Below, piece after piece: positions 28,953 to 39,205 of a stretch of 64,000 bases of DNA. Location: NCBI GenBank assembly GCA_000998275.1, contig LCDA01000001.1, positions 116,352 through 180,351 of the forward strand, given 5' to 3'. A program made the translations under genes and the position numbers. The notes below the pieces were generated by a model. It was not told the DNA's origin, did not search any database, and saw only the letters and a list, made by a program, of their open reading frames with translations. Each line of letters begins with the position of its first letter. The stretch's first letter is position 1. The DNA comes from Candidatus Collierbacteria bacterium GW2011_GWA2_42_17 (GTDB lineage Bacteria > Patescibacteriota > Microgenomatia > UBA1400 > MFAQ01).

Positions 28953-29079
28953 ATCTAGATTAAGGATATACCAAGTCAGGGGCTATGGGTTTGACATTGG
29001 CAATTTGATATGGTATGATACCGTTCGCTTGAGAAATTCAAGCATTTTTTGTACCTGATGCGGGGCAATACCCGCGTTT

Positions 29080-29676
29080 ATGATACTAAACATACTACCA
29101 AAAACCAGAACATCAAACCCTGTTTCAAAACTCATCAGACCGATGTTCGAAGGAAAAACTATTAAAGCTGTCTTGGGTGGAATCATTTCAATGACCTCCT
29201 TGGCTTCCGGACTAGTTTTCCTCCCAATCGACCAGTCTGTGGTCGCTGCAAATATACAAACTCTTAATACGGAGATCCCTCTTGAGACCCGTAAGAGTTA
29301 TGCCAATGTTCTTCCTGCTTATACAGGTGTTTCTCAGGGTTTCCGTTTTGGACACCCCGGAATCGACCTAACAGCTCCTTTGGGATCTAAGATCTACCCT
29401 ATTAAGGAAGGTGTCGTTATTAAGGTTCAGTACCTTAAGTATGACTATGGCAGAGCTGTATGGATTGATAACGGAAACGATACCGTTTCTTTATATGGAC
29501 ACATGGGCAAGATTTTCGTCAACGAGGGAGATACTATAACAACCGATAAGCCGATTGGTGAGGTTGGTTTAACCGGAAAAACTACCGGACCTCACCTTCA
29601 CCTTGAGGTGATCAAAAACGAGAAAAATATTAACCCCCAGCCTTATTTGGCTTTGGGTAGAGTAAACAAGAGATAA
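29080..29676 (+). CDS. Secreted M23-family (LytM-like) metalloendopeptidase.
   Basis: The HxxxD motif appears as FGHPGIDL and the HxH motif as TGPHLHLEV. An N-terminal transmembrane/signal segment is present. Confidence 0.8.
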   Translation: MILNILPKTRTSNPVSKLIRPMFEGKTIKAVLGGIISMTSLASGLVFLPIDQSVVAANIQTLNTEIPLETRKSYANVLPAYTGVSQGFRFGHPGIDLTAPLGSKIYPIKEGVVIKVQYLKYDYGRAVWIDNGNDTVSLYGHMGKIFVNEGDTITTDKPIGEVGLTGKTTGPHLHLEVIKNEKNINPQPYLALGRVNKR

Positions 29677-29825
29677 ACAGTTTTCAACAGATTAATATAA
29701 CAATTTGATTGATTTATCAATTATTTGTGTTGTGTGGAAAACCCGTTTATTTTGTGAATAAGATATTAATTATTAAAAAAATCCCCGCCACGCTTCTTGC
29801 GTACAGGGTTCTTCGGATGAAGAAA

Positions 29826-29850
29826 AGACCTCTTGCGAGGTCTTTCTTTG
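29826..29850. terminator. Bidirectional intrinsic terminator between the M23 peptidase gene (+) and groEL (-).
   Basis: The hairpin AGACCTC-ttgc-GAGGTCT is followed by TTCTTTG on the plus strand and preceded by an A-tract, which reads as a T-tract on the minus strand. Confidence 0.55.
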
Positions 29851-29869
29851 TAGCTTTGATAAATTGCTG

Positions 29870-31800
<1,931 letters not shown>

Positions 31801-31850
31801 ACTTTATTTGTAGATAATTGATAAGGCTTAGGAGTTGAGTATACACTAAA

Positions 31851-31875
31851 TAGCACTCACACTCCTCGAGTGCTA
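31851..31875. promoter_or_regulatory. CIRCE inverted repeat (HrcA operator) upstream of groES. It sits next to a TTGACA-17nt-TAAAAA promoter on the minus strand, whose hexamers lie at 31899-31904 and 31876-31881.
   Basis: The element TAGCACTC-acactcctc-GAGTGCTA matches the consensus TTAGCACTC-N9-GAGTGCTAA in 8 of 9 positions per arm. The -35 and -10 hexamers were read on the minus strand. Confidence 0.75.
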
Positions 31876-31907
31876 TTTTTACTTATAACTTGACCTGTTG
31901 TCAAGAC

Positions 31908-32507
31908 CTAGAGAGCTGCTCCTTGAAAATTAGGGCAGTTAGCTTTGTACCAAGCCATTGCTTTGGCAGAACAAGAGATTATTTTAGCTTCGTCGAGTAT
32001 TGGCATACAGTCTACCCAACCATTAGCTGGACAGATAAAGTTAGCTGAAGCCGAAGCGGTAGAGATTGGGGTGACTTCCGGAGTAAGAGAGGGAGTAATA
32101 GTAATTATTGGGGTTGGAGTAACAGCAGGAACTTCTGTACTAGACATAGGGAGAAAACGAGCAGCAAGGACTCCAATGAGAATACCAAAGAGAATTAAAG
32201 CTATACCAATAAAAAAGATACGGAGAAAGCCGGAAGAACTAGACGACGAGGGAACCGTTGTTATCGGAAGTGGTGGCATCGGGGGTGTTTCCTGGTACAT
32301 TGGCTGGGAGATCGACTCTGGGGACTGGGACTGGGAGGTTTGATTTGGTGTCTGGGACACTAAGGGTGGATTCGGGTCGCTGCTCCAAGCTGTCGGTGGA
32401 GTTGTCTCTTGGCTTGTCGGGGAAAAAGATGGGGTTGACGTCTGATTTTGGGGGTCGCTGTCCGGGAGAGGATTTTGTGGGGGGTTGATGTTTCGATCTG
32501 GGTCCAT
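31908..32507 (-). CDS. Pro/Ser/Thr/Gln-rich membrane-anchored protein with a small Cys-containing C-terminal domain. The start is uncertain because it overlaps the 3' end of the upstream gene.
   Basis: The N-terminal half is low-complexity, one transmembrane helix is present (IFFIGIALILFGILIGVLAARFL), and the C-terminal region is FICPANGWVDCMP...C...C. About 270 nt overlap out of frame with the ORF at 32239-35469. Confidence 0.35.
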   Translation of the reverse strand: MDPDRNINPPQNPLPDSDPQNQTSTPSFSPTSQETTPPTAWSSDPNPPLVSQTPNQTSQSQSPESISQPMYQETPPMPPLPITTVPSSSSSSGFLRIFFIGIALILFGILIGVLAARFLPMSSTEVPAVTPTPIITITPSLTPEVTPISTASASANFICPANGWVDCMPILDEAKIISCSAKAMAWYKANCPNFQGAAL

Positions 32508-35469
32508 TATTGTTATTTTGATTATTATTAATATTGGTTCCGAAAGTGAGAAGGTTTTTGTTTTTTAAAACATCTAAGACTGATGTTGTAATTCTAAGTT
32601 TACCTCCTTGGGTAGAAGTTTTTGCCAGTTCTAAAGCTTCGTCATAACTTACCCATTTAGAGTCATTGTATTCTTCATCTGAAGGAAATTTCAAATTGGT
32701 AGATGAGGAAGTGGCATAGAGGAAATAATATTTTTTGCCCTTCATGTTGACCTGATTGCCGGAGTCAAGTTTTAGTTCTCGCAACCCTTGTTTATCGGGA
32801 GGAAACTCAATTTTATCGACGGATAAAAGAGTGGGTTTAAAACTTGACTGTTTGACAAAATCTTCACCCAACTCTTCAGTCATTTCACGTTTGAAAGCGT
32901 CGACGAGAGTCTCGTGATTCTCCACTCCCCCTTGTGGCAGTTGCCAGAGTTGATGAATTTTTTGATAAACAAAAAGAATCTTGCCGGAGTTCAAAAAGCA
33001 ACCAACAACACTGGGGCGAAGTCCTTCGGCTCTGTCTTTGTCCAGTTCTTCCAGGGAGGGTTCTTTTGAAAATACTGTTGATGATTGCTTCGTCGCTTCA
33101 TTTCTCTTAATGACTGGGGGTGGGGGTTGTTGCTGTGGTCGATAAGGAGTGGCTTGAGAATAGGAACGGGGTCTGGGAGGTGTGCTGGGGGCATAAATAG
33201 AGGCCTGGGTCATGTCGAGAGCCTCGGTTTTGCGATAGTATTGTTCTTCACTGGCGGCAATAATTTTTTGACGACTATCATCTTTAATTTCCGGAAGTGG
33301 CAGGGTGGTGGCCGAGAAGGGATTAGAGATGGAGGCATTAACAGAGATTTTGACGATGATCTGATAACGAGCAAGGCCAACGAGATCGTCTTGGGTGTAG
33401 AAGTTTCCCAATTCATTCATAAGGCGGTTGGCATCGGCGGCCCCAACTACAAAGCTTATGAGGGTACCGGCATTACCAAAAATAGCATCTTGAATTTCAA
33501 TTGGAAGCTGGGCGGTGTACTGATTGGCAAGAATTAGATTTAAACGATATTTGCGAGCTTCGGAAAGGATTTTTATAAAAGAGGTGGTGGCAAAGTTTTG
33601 AAATTCATCAACATAGAGGAAGAAGTCTTTACGTTCTGTCTCGGCCATGTTGGCACGATTCATGGCGGCAATCTGAATTTGAGAAATAAACATGGCTCCA
33701 AGTAGAGCCGCATTATCTTCACCAATTTTACCTTGAGGCAGATTGAGAATAATAATTTTGCCGTTGTTCATGAGATTTTCAAAATCAACGGTGGAAGTAG
33801 GATGGCTGATAATATCTCTAATTGTGGGTGAAGTAATGAACTGGCCGACTTTGTTTAAGATGGGAGAGATAGCCTCGGACTGAAATTTTTCTGAGTATTT
33901 GTCGTATTCATCATGCCAGAAGTTATGGAGAACAGGATCTTGAACTGCCGAAAGATATTCTTCTCTGAAGGGCTTATTGGTAAGGAGTCGAGGAACATCA
34001 AGAAGGGTGGCTCCCGGCTTACCAACAAGTGTAAGGAGGGTGTTTCTTAAAATATATTCCAACCGAGGACCCCAGGAGTTACCGTAGAGTTTACTAAAAA
34101 TAGAGACTATGCCCGAAGCGACTAGTTCTGAGTAAGCTGGATTTTTAACATAGAGAGGATTGAGATGAAAAGATTTACCAACAACTGAAGGGTCGAGGTA
34201 AGCAACATCATTAATTCTGTCTGAAGGAATGTAGTCTAAGAGGTGCTCGGCCGTGTCCCCGTGAGGATCTACCAAAGCCATTCCTTCACCATGACGAATA
34301 TCGTTAATAGCCATGTTGGCTAAAAGGGTTGATTTACCGGTACCAGACTTACCCAAAATATATACGTGGCGGCGACGATCCTCCCCTTTTTTCATACCAA
34401 AAGAGACAATTCTGTTTTTATATTCTGTTTTGGCAAAGAAATTAATATCCTGCTTTTCCTCTTCGGAGAGATCTTCGGCAATGGGAAGATTTGCCGGTGG
34501 CTCTCCCCTTAAAGTCTTTCCCCAGGCAATACCTTTGATGTTCGCGAGATTTACACCGGGTAAGTGATAAATGGCGGCTATTTCGGCGTAGTTTAGGTAC
34601 TGATATTGATTAGAGTAGCGAGCAGAACGTTCGATAATCATTTCCTTTAACTTTCCGTGAGAAGACGGCTTGACGACTTTAAGCTTAAAGCTATTGCCTT
34701 CGGAAAGAGCGTAGGTACCAAAAGCGGCAGATATTTGAGAAAGAAGTTGCCTGGAGCTCGACTCGCTCTGAGAAATAGCGGCGAGACGAATATCGCAACT
34801 AAAGGCTTGATAGGCAAGTTTTTTCTCGACGAAAGGTTTTTGAGCGTTTGGTTGGGATTTTTCACCTTCGGTGACTGGTTTGGGCTCGAGAGATTTACGA
34901 AGAGCTTTTTGCCAGTTTCCGGGAGCGGCAAAAAGGCAAATTTGAATTACAGCCGCTTGACCTGCCGGAATACGGGAGAGGCTGCCTAAAATGGCGGTCA
35001 TTTGGTCAACCTTTTCGTCTTCGGTGACGTTGAGGGGAAGCTGAGAGGGAGATGAGAGCACCAACTGACCCATTTGAGGCTGGCCGTGAGACAACCAGTC
35101 GGCAAGGTAGTCTTTCATGGGGGTAATGAGAGCAGTTGGATACTGGGCTGCAATTTGAGAACGAACAAGGTGTTCGAGACGTTCCGGACAGGCAATAATA
35201 AAATAGGTAGTTTGACTGAGATTGGCAATTTCCAAGGTAATGGTTTCGTAGGTGTTGAGAAGTCTATCCATGAAACTAGCCTTAAGAGAAGACTTGATGG
35301 AAGCTAAAAACTCAACAAAAGCAGATTGACCCGTAAGTGAGTCTTTGGCAGGACGAATCTGCAGAACCGAATATTTGGGCAAGGCCATAGGATAAGTATA
35401 TACAAAACTAGGCGGTCGCGGGGGTAGAAAGTATAGTTTGAACCGGTTGTTTGGAGCCTGTGTCAACAA
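32239..35469 (-). CDS. TraG/TraD/VirD4-like (TrwB-type) P-loop ATPase, a type IV coupling protein-like DNA-binding ATPase without transmembrane helices, fused to a Nudix hydrolase domain and a low-complexity tail.
   Basis: Walker A is YILGKSGTGKST, followed by LVDPHGD, and Walker B is FFLYVDEFQNF. The C-terminal T4CP-like region reads LANQYTAQLP...GNAGTLISF. After a Pro/Gln linker comes the Nudix box GGVENHETLVDAFKREMTEELGEDF. The final ~130 aa are Asn/Pro/Ser-rich. Confidence 0.6.
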   Translation of the reverse strand: MLTQAPNNRFKLYFLPPRPPSFVYTYPMALPKYSVLQIRPAKDSLTGQSAFVEFLASIKSSLKASFMDRLLNTYETITLEIANLSQTTYFIIACPERLEHLVRSQIAAQYPTALITPMKDYLADWLSHGQPQMGQLVLSSPSQLPLNVTEDEKVDQMTAILGSLSRIPAGQAAVIQICLFAAPGNWQKALRKSLEPKPVTEGEKSQPNAQKPFVEKKLAYQAFSCDIRLAAISQSESSSRQLLSQISAAFGTYALSEGNSFKLKVVKPSSHGKLKEMIIERSARYSNQYQYLNYAEIAAIYHLPGVNLANIKGIAWGKTLRGEPPANLPIAEDLSEEEKQDINFFAKTEYKNRIVSFGMKKGEDRRRHVYILGKSGTGKSTLLANMAINDIRHGEGMALVDPHGDTAEHLLDYIPSDRINDVAYLDPSVVGKSFHLNPLYVKNPAYSELVASGIVSIFSKLYGNSWGPRLEYILRNTLLTLVGKPGATLLDVPRLLTNKPFREEYLSAVQDPVLHNFWHDEYDKYSEKFQSEAISPILNKVGQFITSPTIRDIISHPTSTVDFENLMNNGKIIILNLPQGKIGEDNAALLGAMFISQIQIAAMNRANMAETERKDFFLYVDEFQNFATTSFIKILSEARKYRLNLILANQYTAQLPIEIQDAIFGNAGTLISFVVGAADANRLMNELGNFYTQDDLVGLARYQIIVKISVNASISNPFSATTLPLPEIKDDSRQKIIAASEEQYYRKTEALDMTQASIYAPSTPPRPRSYSQATPYRPQQQPPPPVIKRNEATKQSSTVFSKEPSLEELDKDRAEGLRPSVVGCFLNSGKILFVYQKIHQLWQLPQGGVENHETLVDAFKREMTEELGEDFVKQSSFKPTLLSVDKIEFPPDKQGLRELKLDSGNQVNMKGKKYYFLYATSSSTNLKFPSDEEYNDSKWVSYDEALELAKTSTQGGKLRITTSVLDVLKNKNLLTFGTNINNNQNNNNGPRSKHQPPTKSSPGQRPPKSDVNPIFFPDKPRDNSTDSLEQRPESTLSVPDTKSNLPVPVPRVDLPANVPGNTPDATTSDNNGSLVV

Positions 35470-36019
35470 TCTTTACTTCAGAAAAAAGAACGTTCTCAAT
35501 AATGAGACCTTTGTCTTCAAAAAGTTTATTAAGTTCGTTTTTGATGGTTGTTTCTATTTGAGTTCGTTCCGGACCAATTTCGGTATGGTCGAATTGGCTA
35601 AAAGCAGAAGAAATACGACTTCTGGAGTAGGGGCGGACAACTTTGGAGATAAAGTTATCGCCGATGTTTTCCCAAAGCTCTGGAGCGTTGGCTTTGTCGA
35701 GCTTAAAAAGAACCGAGCCTTCAATGGAGATTGTTTTGTTGTCTTTGGTGGTAGCCGTAATAGGCTCATCTCCGAGAGACTCTTTTTGAGAAAGATCAAA
35801 ACCGTGGCGAATGGTATACTCAAGAATTTGAGCGTTGAAGAGTTTGGCTATTTGCCAAAAGGGAATCTTAAGGTGAAGTCCAGGACCCCAAACCCGCTTT
35901 AGAACGCCCAAACCGCGATCATAAACACAGGCAACGTGTCCGGGTGGAACGGAAATGAAAAAACCGCCGACAATTTCGTCAACGAGAAAGGAAACAACCA
36001 ATTTATCAAAATCTGCCAT
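35408..36019 (-). CDS. SPFH/Band-7 (HflC/prohibitin-like) domain protein, short form.
   Basis: The segment VPPGHVACVYDRGLGVLKRVWGPGLHLKIPFWQ matches the SPFH N-terminal signature V.EG..GVV.RFGK....GPGLHFKIPF. Confidence 0.55.
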   Translation of the reverse strand: MADFDKLVVSFLVDEIVGGFFISVPPGHVACVYDRGLGVLKRVWGPGLHLKIPFWQIAKLFNAQILEYTIRHGFDLSQKESLGDEPITATTKDNKTISIEGSVLFKLDKANAPELWENIGDNFISKVVRPYSRSRISSAFSQFDHTEIGPERTQIETTIKNELNKLFEDKGLIIENVLFSEVKIVDTGSKQPVQTILSTPATA

Positions 36020-36030
36020 AACTTCTGATA

Positions 36031-36837
36031 TTATATCGTCTTTTCAGGTGGAGTTGGTGTTGGTAATGAAGAAAGGGGAAGTTCTGCCTCCGAAGGTGTC
36101 TCTGTTGTGGTGCTGGGGGCGGTTTTTTTGGAGAGAGAATAATAAAGATAGAGAAGCTGTCTGACTAGACGAACAACCATGGTAAAGGCAATCGAGGTAA
36201 TAATATAGACCTTTTTGCCGGCAGGGAGGAACATAAAAATGACAAAGCAAAAAATGGGAAAGATAATAACTAAGGAAACGAAGTCTTTTTTGTCGGGTTT
36301 GACCGGAGAGAAATAAAGATGCATAGCTTCATTGGTGGCAATCATTAAACTCTGAAGAATGTTTAGAGTGTTGTTGGTGTGAGATAGATCATAGATACCA
36401 AGAAACATAAGGTCGATGGGGGTCTGAATTTTGGGCATAAAATCATAGAGCAAGTGAAGGTCGGCACCTTCGAGACCAGTAGTAAAGATACGATAAAGCA
36501 TGAGGATGACCATGACCTGGATGACAACATTGATGATTTCCGAGATAATCGCGCCGGGGCGAGTACGCATGACCCGACGAGTTTCGGCTTTAAGACGAAT
36601 AGGATCAGAGGCCAAATCCTTTTTTAATTGTTTTATCTTTTTGGCAATTTCGTACTTGTCCTCGGCGGAGCGGTCGCCGGCAAGATCAACAGGCAAAAGA
36701 ATAAGGCGAACGGAAACAGCAAATAAAATAACGGCGATGCCCATGTCCGGACTGGGTAAAATTTGTCCAACTAGCCAGTAAAGACCGACTAAAATATTGA
36801 AAAATGGTTGGTAAAAGTAAGTAGTAAAGATTTCCAT
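36031..36837 (-). CDS. YidC/Oxa1-family membrane insertase, second paralogue.
   Basis: The first transmembrane helix reads GIAVILFAVSVRLILLP. The cytosolic helical hairpin KKIKQLKKDLASDPIRLKAETRRVMRTRPG matches the YidC pattern KMQ.LQP....I.EKYK.D.QK.QQE.M.LY...G.NP. Confidence 0.65.
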   Translation of the reverse strand: MEIFTTYFYQPFFNILVGLYWLVGQILPSPDMGIAVILFAVSVRLILLPVDLAGDRSAEDKYEIAKKIKQLKKDLASDPIRLKAETRRVMRTRPGAIISEIINVVIQVMVILMLYRIFTTGLEGADLHLLYDFMPKIQTPIDLMFLGIYDLSHTNNTLNILQSLMIATNEAMHLYFSPVKPDKKDFVSLVIIFPIFCFVIFMFLPAGKKVYIITSIAFTMVVRLVRQLLYLYYSLSKKTAPSTTTETPSEAELPLSSLPTPTPPEKTI

Positions 36838-36854
36838 TGTTAAGGTAATTATAA

Positions 36855-37667
36855 CTAGTTGTTTTTGAGATAATTGGTTAGAACGGTTGAGAGATCATTC
36901 TTGTGGAAGTAGGCTGCGTGAAGAGAGACAACTTCGGTGGTTTTTTTAGGAAGCATATAGAAATATTGAAGGATAAATAATAGGTAGTTAAGAGGAGCAA
37001 TAATAAAAAATAAGGGGTTTGATTTCTTTTTTGGGTATTTTTTATCAGATAGTTTGTGGTAGGCATTAGCCAGGTAGTGACTAGTCCAACGGTTGGATCT
37101 AATAAAGTTTTGGTAGGTGCCTCCCCTGTCAAACAGGGGTCTTACCTGGAGAACTTCGTGAGCAGTGTAAATATTTTGACGTTTTTTGGGGACAGTAAGA
37201 GAAAACATGTCAAGCCAAAGATTAGGACAGAAAGCATTTTTTATTTTTATTGAAGAGTTATCCCCCGGATGACGACGATTAAAAAATAAGGAAAGAAAAA
37301 ATAAAAATAGGGGTCTGGTGAACCAAAGGGTGTTTGGTTCCGTAATTATTAACAAATCAAGGTCGTCGTTTTTTTTAGTGTTATTGGCAGCAACAGAACC
37401 GGTAAAGGCAATGAGACGAATAAAAGGAAACAGGTGGATAAATTTGAGGAGTTTGAGGGCAATTATTTCCTTTTGTTTGGTATTGGCTAAAAGACTTTTT
37501 TTAAGATTTATATCCTTGGGGTTGAGGGTGTTTGTATATTTTTTGATTAATGATTTAGGTACCAAACGAGGAGAAATTAACCAAAAATGAATTTCCTCTA
37601 GAGAAAGAGGGAAATTAAAATAACCTCCGTAGGCAATGGTTTTAGCAACGGCTGAAGCTAAATTCAT
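36855..37667 (-). CDS. Hypothetical protein with a minimal nucleotidyltransferase-fold motif.
   Basis: The segment FTGSVAANNTKKNDDLDLLII fits the GS-x9-DxD pattern of the Pol-beta-type NTase fold. There are no other recognisable motifs. Confidence 0.3.
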   Translation of the reverse strand: MNLASAVAKTIAYGGYFNFPLSLEEIHFWLISPRLVPKSLIKKYTNTLNPKDINLKKSLLANTKQKEIIALKLLKFIHLFPFIRLIAFTGSVAANNTKKNDDLDLLIITEPNTLWFTRPLFLFFLSLFFNRRHPGDNSSIKIKNAFCPNLWLDMFSLTVPKKRQNIYTAHEVLQVRPLFDRGGTYQNFIRSNRWTSHYLANAYHKLSDKKYPKKKSNPLFFIIAPLNYLLFILQYFYMLPKKTTEVVSLHAAYFHKNDLSTVLTNYLKNN

Positions 37668-37670
37668 GGC

Positions 37671-39140
37671 TTAGGGAGTGGTGGCGGCGGCGGGGGCTGC
37701 AACTAAACCATACTGAGATAAAACCTGAGCAAAGCCGTTATTTAGAGTTACAAGTGCCTTGACGACATCTTGGTTCTGAGAGACGGCATTAACAGCATCT
37801 TCCAAGTATTTAATCAGACGAGAATTAAGGGCCGTCTTGGCGTCTCTGGTATTACTAGCGGTATAAAAAGTATGAGCAGTTTCGAAACTGGTGACAAAAG
37901 GAGAAACAACGGGGTTGTTTTGAGCAAGCGAGGCGACAGCTTTGTTGGCTGGTGGTTGGGGAAATTCTCTGTCTGATGTGGCCGCATCAAAAAGAATTTG
38001 CTGAGCTTTAGCTGAGGCTAAGAAACTAACAAATTTCCAGGCTTCTTGGGGATGTTTGGAATTTTTACCTACTGCTTCGAACCAAAAAGAGGTCCAGTTA
38101 ACAATATCCGAGTCCGGAAGTTGAGGAACGGCAACGGTTTGCCAGGAAAGGGAAGGGTTGATGGATTTTATTTCGGGAGCTCTCCAGAGGGGAGCAATAA
38201 TCATGGCAACTTTTTCATTAGCAAAAGCGACGGTGGAAGGAGGCAGGGTGTCATCCCAAACACGATGTTTGGTAACAAAGTCGGTGTAGTAACTCAGGGT
38301 AGCGGAAGCCTCCGCACCCTTGATGTCGGTTAATTTGACACCAGCTTGGAGGAGCATAAGACTAACAATGTCTGGCCAGTGATCAACATTTCCAGTATTA
38401 CCAAGGGCAATTCCGGCACGAGTTAACTTGCCAGTAAGAGGATCTACTTCTTTGAGGGTTTTGGCAGCAGATAAAACATCTTCCCAGGTTTTTGGGGGCA
38501 AGAGAGATTTTTGCTGAAACATAGAGTTATTCATAAAAAGTGCCAAACCATCCATAGTTATCGGCACACCATAGACTTGAGTTCCAGAAATCAACATCTT
38601 ACTTACGATGGGATAAAAATTGGTGGAGACTTCGGTAGCCGACACAGAGTTGGCGGGTGCAGGAAAAAGATTTTTTGCAAAGAGAGGAAGCCAGGTGGAG
38701 TGCAGTCTGATAACGTCAGGAGAGTTTTGACCTTCAAGGGCTGTCTTGATACGATCTTGATAATCTTGAGGTGACTGGAGTTGGTAACTAATTTTGATGC
38801 CTGGATTTTGAGTTTCAAATTCATCAATTACCGGTTTCATTACTGAAGATGGTTCCCAAAGTCCATAGTATGTCAAGGTAATGGTTTGTCCCGTGGTGAC
38901 AGATTCTGAAGGTAATCTGGAACCGATGAACTTGGTTATGCCATAGACAAGCAAACCAACAACAAGAATTCCCGCGAGAAGGGGAAGAATAATTTTAATT
39001 GGCGAGGGTTTGACAACAGGGGGCTTGACAGAGACTGGAGCTTGATAACTTGGGGGGGGTGGAGTGGCTTCCTCGGGGGTGGGTAGCGGAGCAGCTTCCC
39101 CTGGTACGGATGGGCCTGGAATTGGAAATTGGTTGTCCAT
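37671..39140 (-). CDS. Extracellular solute-binding protein (ABC transporter, family 1, sugar-type) with a Pro-rich N-terminal region and a signal-anchor helix.
   Basis: The protein has the length and profile of a family-1 substrate-binding protein, including LTYYGLWEPSS...PGIKISY. The N-terminal transmembrane segment is IILPLLAGILVVGLLVYGI. Confidence 0.55.
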   Translation of the reverse strand: MDNQFPIPGPSVPGEAAPLPTPEEATPPPPSYQAPVSVKPPVVKPSPIKIILPLLAGILVVGLLVYGITKFIGSRLPSESVTTGQTITLTYYGLWEPSSVMKPVIDEFETQNPGIKISYQLQSPQDYQDRIKTALEGQNSPDVIRLHSTWLPLFAKNLFPAPANSVSATEVSTNFYPIVSKMLISGTQVYGVPITMDGLALFMNNSMFQQKSLLPPKTWEDVLSAAKTLKEVDPLTGKLTRAGIALGNTGNVDHWPDIVSLMLLQAGVKLTDIKGAEASATLSYYTDFVTKHRVWDDTLPPSTVAFANEKVAMIIAPLWRAPEIKSINPSLSWQTVAVPQLPDSDIVNWTSFWFEAVGKNSKHPQEAWKFVSFLASAKAQQILFDAATSDREFPQPPANKAVASLAQNNPVVSPFVTSFETAHTFYTASNTRDAKTALNSRLIKYLEDAVNAVSQNQDVVKALVTLNNGFAQVLSQYGLVAAPAAATTP

Positions 39141-39205
39141 ATAAAAATATCAGCTAAAATAGTAGAGTCGGGTTGCGAGCGACACTGTATTAGAGTATAG
39201 CAAGA

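Noticed and set aside
36855-37667. The possibility that the GS...DLD protein is a toxin-antitoxin or defence nucleotidyltransferase (MNT/CBASS-like).
   Set aside because: Only the minimal GS-x9-DxD motif is visible and no partner gene (HEPN, effector or cyclase) is adjacent, so the evidence is too weak to call a defence system.
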